From Folioceros fuciformis (lineage: Eukaryota), in the NCBI GenBank assembly GCA_049999805.1, contig JBNGIO010006418.1, forward strand, positions 31,276 to 67,899: a DNA stretch of 36,624 bases. Reading direction: 5' to 3'. Below the pieces are notes generated by a model that was not told the origin of the DNA, searched no databases, and saw only the letters and a list, made by a program, of their open reading frames with translations. Shown here in pieces: positions 21,624-31,800 of the stretch (position 1 is its first letter; each line of letters opens with the position of its first letter). Made by a program: the position numbers and the translations under genes.

Positions 21624-23228
21624 TTACTGGAAGAGATACAGCAACCACAGAACAAAAGATATCACTAGGACTGATGGCCAACTGAGAAATGGTACCCAAC
21701 CGGATTCTAAGAGTCTGCAGCCTACGGTAAACAAGCACCCTAAAACCAAATAATTCTGAAATGACACTAACATCGCCCGTGCCCTAGTCATCAAGCGCTC
21801 ATAGATTTGAGCTCGTCTTTCGAACATGGTCAGCATGGTAAACAACCACCTGCCAGTAGCAAGCACAACACAGGTTGAACAAGCGACTGTGGTCCACTGT
21901 AGTGGCTTGTGTAGACTTAGTGCGATGTGCGGTATGAGCGTCCAAATGAGGACAAGAGTGACACTCGAACTAACTTTGATCTGCGCAAAAAGCATATCGG
22001 CTTCCAGGCGCATGGCTTCAACGAGTCTCCTCAGTTCTCGGGCATTCTCACCTTGCATGTCCACTCTTCCACCAGATTCTTGAACATTCCTACCTCGCTC
22101 GTCCACTCCTCCAACAGGTGAGCAGCCACCAACACGTCTCCTCATTTCTTGGACGTTCGCACCTTGCACATCCTCTCCTACAGCAGATTCTCGGACATTC
22201 CCACCTTCCATGTCCACTTCTCCAGCAGGTGAGAAGCCACCATACTGAGAAGGTGTCACCTCTAGCTCACTTGTGCGCGAAGAGTCAGGCACGGTCACAC
22301 GCATGGATTCCACACTAGCGGTTTCATTTTCATCCGGTTCTGAATGCCATTCAGAATCATGTCTTTCCGTCCACCTCGTGGGTACTTCCTCACCGTCATC
22401 TCCATCTCCGGCTTCACACGACATCGGAGTATAAAAACCCACACAACCAGATTCATCTTCATGCGGCAACCTCATGGTTCTCCGTAGTTCCTCACCACCA
22501 GTTCCGTATCCATCTTCAGCATCATCCGGCCACAGATCAAAGAACTCCGAAAGATCGGCTAGTTCCTCACCACCAGTTCCGTATACATCTTCAGCATCAT
22601 ACGGCAGTGGATCAAAGAATTCCATACTAAGAGGGAGTACATGTTCATCTGGGAATCCCATGGCTCTATGTAGTCCAACACGACCAGCTCTATCCTCAGC
22701 AACATCCAGCAACGGAGCCATGGGTTCCACAATACCATCGTCATATTCATCCAGCCACCGTATGCCACTACCTAGTACGTCACGACTAAAAAGATCTTCA
22801 ACTTCATTCAGCACCGGATCCATGAATTCCATAACAACAGCGCTAGATTCATTTGGCCACCAGTACGTCCTGGCCCTACGTACTTCCTCACAATCAACTC
22901 CGTCTTCAACTGCATCCAGCACCGGGCTCATGGCTTCCACACGACCAGCTTCGTACTCATCCAACCGCCTCATGGGTAGTTCTTGACCACTAGCTACATC
23001 TTCACCTTCATCCGGCAACGGATCCGAGAATTCCACAACACTAGCTTCATCTTCCTGCGACGAGGAACCCACCGCTTCTCCTGTGCCAACTTCACCATTG
23101 TATGCCGACCACTCCAATCCCAATCCTGCACCAAAAAGGATGTCTTCCGAAGTGATGTGGGCCAATGGACTTTCGTCCCCGACTTCATGATCCACCAGAA
23201 TGTAATCGCCAAATTCTAGACCCTCCAT
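21624..23228 (-). CDS. Intronless 534-aa orphan: acidic repetitive N-terminus, short coiled coil, ~4 C-terminal transmembrane segments
   Basis: Long clean ORF from ATG to TAA. ~35-aa repeats (xEFxDPLPDExED...GEEL), 14-aa repeats (VDxxGxNVxES) and four hydrophobic stretches in the last ~115 aa. No family recognised. Confidence 0.75.
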   Translation of the reverse strand: MEGLEFGDYILVDHEVGDESPLAHITSEDILFGAGLGLEWSAYNGEVGTGEAVGSSSQEDEASVVEFSDPLPDEGEDVASGQELPMRRLDEYEAGRVEAMSPVLDAVEDGVDCEEVRRARTYWWPNESSAVVMEFMDPVLNEVEDLFSRDVLGSGIRWLDEYDDGIVEPMAPLLDVAEDRAGRVGLHRAMGFPDEHVLPLSMEFFDPLPYDAEDVYGTGGEELADLSEFFDLWPDDAEDGYGTGGEELRRTMRLPHEDESGCVGFYTPMSCEAGDGDDGEEVPTRWTERHDSEWHSEPDENETASVESMRVTVPDSSRTSELEVTPSQYGGFSPAGEVDMEGGNVRESAVGEDVQGANVQEMRRRVGGCSPVGGVDERGRNVQESGGRVDMQGENARELRRLVEAMRLEADMLFAQIKVSSSVTLVLIWTLIPHIALSLHKPLQWTTVACSTCVVLATGRWLFTMLTMFERRAQIYERLMTRARAMLVSFQNYLVLGCLFTVGCRLLESGWVPFLSWPSVLVISFVLWLLYLFQ

Positions 23229-23601
23229 GATAAAAGTTTTAGTACAAAATTCCTCATCTACCTATCAACAAAAACAACAACCAATGACAGATGAACACCA
23301 CACGCGTGAACGAAGGAAAAGGGGCCTAGCACCAAGTGTTTGCTCTACAGCTGTGGTGTAAGCCTTGCATATTTAGGAAAACCCTACAACCTAAGGCAAT
23401 ATATATAGTGCTCTCCAACAGGCTTTTCATAGTAAAATAAGTAGTACTATTTATTTGTATTGTTACATTTGGAATTTATCGTTCTACTAGTAGTATAATG
23501 AAATTAGATGACAAGAAGGTTGAAAGCTAATCTAAGTAAGTATGCACCTTGAGGAACACGCTTGCATCGTATGCTTCACGTTGCCCACAAATTATTAGAA
23601 G

Positions 23602-23660
23602 AAATTGGCGCAGTTAGAAAGTTTGGCAAAGTTGGAAAGTTTGGCGCAAGTGGAAAGTTT
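23602..23660. repeat. Degenerate 18-bp tandem repeat (aagtttggcgcaagtgga-like) x3
   Basis: aaattggcgcagttagaaagtttggcaaagttggaaagtttggcgcaagtggaaagttt. Confidence 0.7.
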
Positions 23661-24433
23661 CGTATATTTTATTGCTGGAAGTACAGGCAAGCTCTTTGGA
23701 GTGCTGGTTTTCATGGAGCCTTGTTTCTTGGACACCAAGTAGTTCAAATGAACCTTAACTAGAACCATGCTTGCTTTGGAATCTATGTCATTCACTAACA
23801 CTATTTTGATTACTTGGTGTACTAGTCAATATTCACTAGAGGCATCTCTCTACATAAAATACATAGTTTCAAACTTGCACCATGAGCTTCACATCAAGCC
23901 AACAAAGTAGACTAAGTCAACATACTGTCAAAATTCCAAAAGCATGTTTGATTCTAAAGACATTTGGTGCTGTTTTGCACAAAATTCTAAATTGATGTTG
24001 TTATAATTGATTGAATCAATCTTTTGAGCCTCTGAATTATGTAACCAAGAATAATCCGGCAAATACCAAGTACACAAAATAAATCATAAGCGCTGATGCA
24101 CAGGAGGCCATCTAATTAACAAAACTACATGTGTCCACTACCATTAAACAGGCAAATGATGCTAATTGTGATGCACCGCAAAGCATGTAGGCTCCGAGGA
24201 CTGTCCTTGTGCAAGGAATGTGCAGGCTACAGCTGCAGGTGTTGCCGTGTTGAATGGTGACTGATGAGAGGCGTGGAATCCTGGCTACTGATCATGTCGC
24301 CAGGCCATCATACAGCCATGTGCTCGCACTCAGTGCATTGCAGCAGGCAGGGTTGCAAGAGGGTAGTCAATCTGGGAGGGGACATTGTTGGCAAACAGGG
24401 GGACAGGAGACTGCTCATTGTCATACTGCGCGC

Positions 24434-25966
24434 ATGGCAACATGGGACCCTCTGCTTGCTCTCTCAATCGCTTCCACCATCTTCATTGTGTTACAGGCCC
24501 AAGCTCATGCGGACCCATCAACCGCACCTATTGTCCAGATGGAGAACGCATTTGTGAAGTGGGTGGACGAAATTGGTTCCTCCCACTCCACGTTCCCGGC
24601 TGCGAAGAAGGTCCTTGACGAGAAGTCTGTCATAACAGTGGACAGGATCGGTTTCAGAGGAAACTACACGTCAGTCCAGGCAGCGGTGGACTCAGTTCCT
24701 GAAAACAATCAGCAGCGTGTTCTTATTCGAATTCTAGCAGGATGCTACTGGTGCGTTCAACTTTCCTACACGCCAGGTTTGCGAAAAGTATCTGCTACAA
24801 ACAAACTGGGTTGCTTCGATGCAATTCGGGATCATGAGTTCATGCTTTGCAGGCAGAAGGTGATTATCCCCAACTCAAAGCCTTTCATCACGTTAGAAGG
24901 GGACCCTGTCCCTGGGGCGACCACAATCGTATGGGCTGACACAGCCAGCAGCTTGGGGGCCGATGGAACTCCTTTGATGACGTTCAACAGCTCCACAGTG
25001 GCAGTAAACGCTGCCTACTTCATTGTCAGGAATCTCACTTTCAAGGTGGCCAGACTAGTGTGAATTACAGCGCATTGCCAAGATTTTCCTTCTTTTGACC
25101 CTGCTGCAGCAACCTTAGTCCGGAGTAATTCACCATGTGGTACAGAATGCTGCAATTGCACCACTTCCCGGTGCGGAAGGAGGGCAGGCAGTGGCGCTTC
25201 GGATCTCAGGGGACGCGGCTGCCTTCTACAACTGTCAGTTTCTGGGATTCCAGGACACTTTGTATGACGATAGGGGACGCCATTACTTCAAAGACTGCTT
25301 CATCGAGGGTTCTGTGGACTTCATCTTCGGGGATGGCCGCTCCTTGTACTCTGTAAGATGGCCACCCAGCTCATTTCCGATCCCAATTCCACACATACGT
25401 AGACATCCTGGAGCTCTCATGGCTCACAGTACAGTTTTCTTGCAAGCCCTTGCCTGCAGGGATGTCATCTACATGCTGTTGCCATCCTCGGAGTTGTTAC
25501 AGCACAGAAGAGGCTGGACAGCACAGACGACACAGGATTCTCCTTCGTGAACTGCACGGTCACGGGGTCGAGCTCGGTCTATTTGGGCAGGGCCTGGGGG
25601 AGTTTCTTCAGGGTGGTGTACTCCTATACCTTCATGGACAGCATCATCTTTCCTCCGGGCTGGTTGGACTGGAATGATCCAGCCAGACACCAGTAAGAAC
25701 TCTGACTCTTCCTAGTCTTGGTCTGACGTGTTGGGATGTTGTTTGCAGACAATGGTGTTAAACGTTGCTCGCACAGTCTTTACAAACCAGTTATGTTTGG
25801 CATTGCTTCCTTATGTTGTAGGACAGTGTTCTACGGACAGTACCATTGCTACGGGCCTGGTGCTAGGCAGAAAGGCCGTGTACCCTGGTCGCGCCGGCTA
25901 CCCGGGAAAGAGGCCCAGCCCTTCCTTACCCTCCAGTTCATAGATGGATCTCAGTGGCTGCCATAG
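24434..25966 (+). CDS. Pectin methylesterase (type II, no PRO/PMEI domain), PME-A
   Basis: Signal peptide; motifs [34 protein letters not shown] and YGPGA. Exons 24434-24750, 24853-25045, 25146-25352, 25460-25692, 25822-25966. Confidence 0.95.
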
Positions 25967-25985
25967 CCTTGTAGACTTGTTGGAT

Positions 25986-27854
25986 TCAGAGGAGCCACTG
26001 CCCAGCATCTATGAAGCTCAGATGAAGATATGGCTGAGCTTGCTCATCGCTGAGCTCATGAGACCATGGAACACGAGCAGCAACGCCCGCGCCAGGGCCA
26101 AAGCATCTATATTGGCCGAAAGTTACAGTCCTGTGGTCCAAAAATACAGTCATGCCGCAATCGGAGTCTGACAGCAGTCAGGAACTCGAGTATTACTTTA
26201 AAGTGGCTCGATTTGTCATGTGGGATTGGTTCTAGGAACAAGCTTACCGGTCTTTGTAAGATTCTCGATTCCAATCGTCCCAGCCTCGAGAGGCGATGAT
26301 GCCACTCAGATAGCTCCGTGCAAACACAATTCTTGAGTAGGGGCCCATAGCTCTCCCCAAGTACACAGCTTGCCCGGTTCCTGAAACCACGCAGTTGACG
26401 AAAGAGAACCCCGTCCTGCTGGATGCATCTTGACGGTTCTGGGCAGCAATGGACCCGAATGTGCTGGCTATGGTGTGCAATTCACAATCCTGTAGAGGAA
26501 CATGTTCCTTAAATTACACCACAGCAAGATCGATATCAAACTTGTGTGCTTTGATCAGCTCGTACCTGATACAAGGACTGCCCGTCCCCGAAGATGTAGT
26601 CTATTGACCCCTGGATGTAGCAGTCTTTGAAGTAATGGCGGCCGGAATCATCGCAGAGCGTGTCCTGAGCTCCGTAGAAGCCACAGTTGACGAAGGCAGC
26701 CATGTCTCCTGAGATTCGAAAAGCTGCAGCTTGCTTGCCGTCCTCGCCGGGGGCAGGAGAGGGAGCTGTGTTCTGCGCACAGTGCAATGCAATGCACCGC
26801 ATTCAACTTGCAATTGCTGGTTACAGTGCAGGCCGCAGTGAAATTACGGACGTACCATGAAGCTGATGTTGTAGGCGATGAAGTGAGACCCAAACACGAT
26901 GACTGAAGCGCTGTTGTAGGCTGTCAAAGGATGGCCATTTCCGTCGATGTCGCTCGCAGTATCGTGCCACACTATACTGGTGTCCCAGCGCCCTTCTCCT
27001 TGGAAAGTGACGTAAGGTTTGGAGGCAGGCACCACCACCTTCTCCCTGCCAATTGCCAATTCCCACAAGCAGTGTCACACGATCCAGCTTGGCAACACTG
27101 CTTTCCAAAGCTTCGCCAACTTTCCAAAGCTGCTTCCAAGCTTGATGAGATTATGCAAGTGCCATTGGGTGAAGGTTGGACTCACGCACCTGTATGTTCC
27201 CCTCCTGATTTGAATCACCACCCGCCGGGAATTGCCATCCTGGATGCTGTTCACAGCAGCCTGCACAGATGAGAAATCCCCAGCACCAGCCTGGTCCACC
27301 ACCAGAGTCCGCACCACCGTTTCTTCCAGACTGCTGCCGCCACGGTTGTGGAGCGTATGGATTGCAGAACCTCGGGATTTGCTGCTCGCGCGCCTGCCAC
27401 GATCTGCCAGCTCGTGTCTGTGTCTCCGTCGGGTCACCACTTGAGGATGAGAACTCACTGACACGCGTTTCGAATGACCAGCTTTTGATCTGCGGGCAGG
27501 AGCTTGCTTGGGTGACACCTGTGTGTGTGGGAGCAAATGCGGATGCCCATAGTGCCAATGCCTGGTGGGTCTGCGACGCGTATTCAAATTCCTGAACCTT
27601 GATCCTCCCCCAAGAGCTGTGTCTCGCTCAGGAACGTTGGGGCCAACCGCAAGATCACTACTGCTCAATGTCGTAGTAGTGTTAGTGGCATGACTCTGTT
27701 CATAGGCGAGAAGGCGGGATCGATTTCCAAGCACTTGCACCTGGCGGGGCTCTGCGCAGGTGAGGAAGAGGGACAGCACCAGCACAAAGAAAGATCCAAC
27801 ACCATAGACCAATAAAACGTTGCAACAAGAGTGTGACTTGCAATTTCTCATCAT
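25986..27854 (-). CDS. Pectin methylesterase (type II, AtPME68-like), PME-B
   Basis: Motifs [46 protein letters not shown] and GWDDW. Exons 27854-27190, 27045-26856, 26772-26566, 26489-26248, 26130-25986 (the last exon, [14 protein letters not shown]...FIDAGQWLL*, is not in the ORF track). Confidence 0.95.
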
Positions 27855-28539
27855 CAAAGGGCTGCAGATCCGCAGTAGTTCGCAAGCTTGTTGGAGATGG
27901 ACGAATTTAAACCTCGACAAGGATCCCTGACATGTAACATGCTAAGACTTGATGCTGGCTGAACCCACTGGCTGGCAACCATGAGACTGAGTATGAAACA
28001 ACTCTTCTCGCTCCACGAGAAGGCCGCTGCACTGCATTGTGGACAGTTTACAATCTTGAGAAGCAGCTCTACCTACCCGCACCACCAGCTGAGGGGTCAA
28101 ACTCACATTAGGTGAAGAACCGTCTGGTGCAGCCCGTAGTCGGGTACTGCTTTCCGCAAGTGGGATCCTGTAGGACGTGTTAGTGGAGACGGTTGACAGA
28201 GCCTTGTCCGATTCCTCCATTTGTCATGTCGGGGGACAGATAGCATGACCATGACGCAGATTTTCATTTTGGAAGGGGATCTCTCGAAGTGATATGAATT
28301 CACGCGGAGAAGGATGTCCAAGTCCCTTTCAACCCAGCTAAGTTTGTACATAATTCGGCTGACCGCACTTCATCCTTCCCTTGTTCAGATTCCAGAGAGC
28401 TAGTGCTTTTACACACTTCTTCCCCTCGTTCTTGGCTTGGGACGACGGAAATAAGGAAACCAACTACTGTGCCTATTGTGTAATATGCTTTCTTTTATGC
28501 ACCACAAGACGCAGTGATTGGCTCTAATCTACGTACCAG

Positions 28540-28547
28540 TTTGCCGC
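28540..28547 (+). promoter_or_regulatory. Candidate E2F site (TTTGCCGC) ~290 bp upstream of the SMC1 ATG, with a reverse CCAAT box at ~28517
   Basis: Matches TTTSSCGC, and cohesin genes are typical G1/S E2F targets. The motif is short and could occur by chance. Confidence 0.4.
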
Positions 28548-28838
28548 CATGTTCCCGGTTCTCACGCTCTACGGTTGAAGTGAGCCGGGAAGGAAGCAGG
28601 TTCTGGTGTGTTAGACAGCCTAGAATTCGACGAGACCCAGTGCCCAGTGGCTTTCAGTGTTGGTTGCAAGTGTTTGGGCAATTTGGTTGATGCCTGTAGA
28701 GGGGCCCTTTCGTTGGGCGTCGCGTCGCGGTAGGCACTAGTGGGGACGCAGAATTGAGTTGTTGCGGCTGGTGGGTTGTATCGTCCAGCGGGGCATGGAC
28801 CGGTAACGAGGTGCACGGGAGTGTGGGGGCGGGTGAAG

Positions 28839-31800
28839 ATGCCGTCGGCGTCTAACACAGTGGTGGGCGGAAGCATACACCGGCTGGAGGTGGAGAACTT
28901 CAAATCTTACAAGGGGCATCAGGTGATCGGGCCTTTTAAGAACTTCACGGCCATCATTGGGCCCAATGGAGCCGGCAAATCCAATCTTATGGACGCAATT
29001 AGCTTCGTGCTGGGTGTGCGGTCGATGCAGCTCCGCGGGGCGCAACTCAAGGACTTGATTTATGCCTTCGATGATAAGGAGAGGGAGCAGAGGGGACGCA
29101 AAGCGTTTGTGAAGCTGGTGTACAACACCAGTAGCGGGGAGGAGCTGCACTTTACCCGAGCCATTTCGGGCTCTGGGTCCAGTGAGTACAGACTAAACAA
29201 CAGGATTGTGTCCTGGGATGAGTATAATGAGAAGATGAAGTCCTTGGGCATTCTTGTCAAGGCTCGGAATTTCCTCGTCTTCCAGGTACTGCCTACGCTG
29301 TTCCTGTTCCTCTTGCTCAATTCCTTCTTCCTTTTCCTCCTGGGAGTGGCATTGTGGAAGGCTGCTTGCACCTATGTTCACCCTGTGAGAGTACTTTGCA
29401 TATTCCTGGTCTGTTAGGTCAAGGTGAGTTCTTGCACCAGCACCTGTCATACGGCTCTGCCATCTTGTCTCTTGCTTCGAGCACCGGCTCAGCTGGTGGT
29501 GTTGGGTTTTTGTTTGGATCAGGGTGATGTGGAGTCCATTGCGTCAAAAAATCCGAAGGAGCTCACAGCGCTTTTTGAACAAATATCTGGCTCCGAGGAT
29601 CTCAAGAAAGACTATGAGGAGCTGGAGGAGAAGAAAGCAAGGGCTGAGGAAAAGTCTGTCTTCAGTTATCAAAAAAAGAGGACTATAGTATCTGAAAGAA
29701 AGCAAAAGAAAGAACAGAAAGAGGAAGCGGAGAAGCACTTGCGTCTTCAGGGGGAGTTGGTACGCCCTCGACCTGGGCCTGCGCGTGGTTTTGTCTCGTT
29801 GTGTCCTTACCTACACCGCCTGCAATCCCGGGTCTGAAGGTCGTTTTTTCTGCGCAGAAAGCTTTGAAGACGGAGTACTACCTCTGGCAGCTGTTCACTA
29901 TTAAGAAAGATATTGAGAGAATTCAAGGGGAGTTGGAAGAAGATAGTGAAACTCTTCAGGACCTGATAAAAGCACATGAGGAGTTTGAGTTACAAATACG
30001 GGAGAAAAAGAAGGAGCAGGCAGGTTTTGTCAAAGATGCCTTGCTGTCTAGCAAAACGGTGGCCAGGAAGAAGGCAGAGCTAGACAAGAAGGTTTGTTTA
30101 TGTGCCTTGTGGACTAATCCGTTTTGGCATTCTGCTACACCTGCTGTTCCTGTGAGCCTGAAAGGATTTACACTAATGATCTGCATGGCTATGCAATGTG
30201 GTTGCAAAGTGTCTGTTGAGGGACGTCACTTTAGTGTTTGTGGTACCAGCAATGATCTTTTGCTTATCTACTGAAATGTTCTTTTGTAGCATCCGGAGCT
30301 TCTTAAAATGCGAGAAGAAATTGATAGNNNNNNNNNNNNNNNNNNNNNNNNNNNNNNNNNNNNNNNNNNNNNNNNNNNNNNNNNNNNNNNNNNNNNNNNN
30401 NNNNNNNNNNNNNNNNNNNNNNNNNNNGCGACTGCAAAAATCAAGAATAGTGAAAAGGATTTGGCAAAGAAGAAAGAGGAGCAGAAAAAGCAAGGGAAGG
30501 AGGTGGCAAGACTGCAAAGGGATCTGCAGGATGTCACTGCTGCTAAAAACGAACTCAACGAACAGAATGACGCAGGAGGGAAGCTGCAATTGGCTGCCAC
30601 ACAATTGCAGGAATACAACAGAATGTAAGCCGAAAACATCCCCTGTCAGATTCTGGAGTGACGCTTCTAGTTGTCTTCTATCATGTGACGGTCAGTTAAA
30701 TGAATCTCATCCCTGTAGAATATGCTTACAGAAAGGAAGAAGCAGGTGCTAAAACTATCAAATTGAAGCAAGATAAGGAGGTTCATGATCGTAGACAGCA
30801 AGCTGATTCTGAAGCACTAAAAAACTTGGAGGACAATCTCCAACAGCTGCACACAAGAGAGCAACAGTTGATATCTCAAGATGAAGAGTGTCAAGCTCGA
30901 ATGGCAAGGCTATTCGAGTCGGTCACGAAGACCAATGACGAACTTGCCCGTGTCCGAGTGGAACATTCTCAGATGCAGGATAGACATAGGAAATCCAGGT
31001 GAATAAGCTCCCAAGAAACTGTACTGGTTGCCCGACAATGTAGTTCCCTGGTGCATTTGCCACTGCAGAGAAAACGCTGCTCGTTCCTTAGTTACTAACA
31101 TTGTATGCGGTTTATACAGGGCACAGTATGAAAACTTGAGGACAAGGCTAGTGGAATTAGAGAATTCATTGCGCGAGTTAAAAGCTGACAAACGTGAAAG
31201 TGAACGTGACGGTAGGATATCTGAGGCTGTGGAGACACTTAAACGCCTGTTTCCTGGTGTGCATGGACGCATGACAGACCTTTGCAGGCCGACTCAGAAA
31301 AAATACAACCTTGCACTCACTGTAGCCATGGGAAGGTTCATGGATGCTGTAGTTGTTGAGGACGACACAACTGGAAAAGAGTGCATCAAGGTGAACCTCT
31401 GCATGACATTGTCATGTTGCCAGCACTATTGTCTACCTGCTGGGGTGAATCAATGAGGTGCAATGCTGACACTATGTGTCTTTGTCTCAGTATCTGAAAG
31501 AACAGCGCCTACCCCCACAGACCTTCATTCCTTTGCAGTCTGTCCGTACAAAGCCTGTCCAGGAAAAGCTTCGCACCCTTGGAGGTACAGCGAAGCTGGT
31601 TATTGATGTGATCAAATATCCTTGTGTAGATCATGGCTGTTTGGAATTGCTGATTTTGCAACTCACCATCTACTTTTGTTGGTCATGGTTGATTGATACT
31701 GTTATGCCTTAATCTTCTTACTTTTGATCCATCTTTGGAGAAAGCACTGCTCTATGCAGTCGGGAACACCATTCTTTGTGATAAGCTACCTGAAGCCAAA

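Noticed and set aside
22474-22986. Ser-rich 170-aa plus-strand ORF
   Set aside because: Antisense shadow of the acidic orphan ORF.
27101-27142. Similarity of a PME-B intron repeat (ctttccaaagc) to the 23602-23660 repeat in inverted orientation
   Set aside because: Short and low-complexity; insufficient to claim TIRs around the PME pair.
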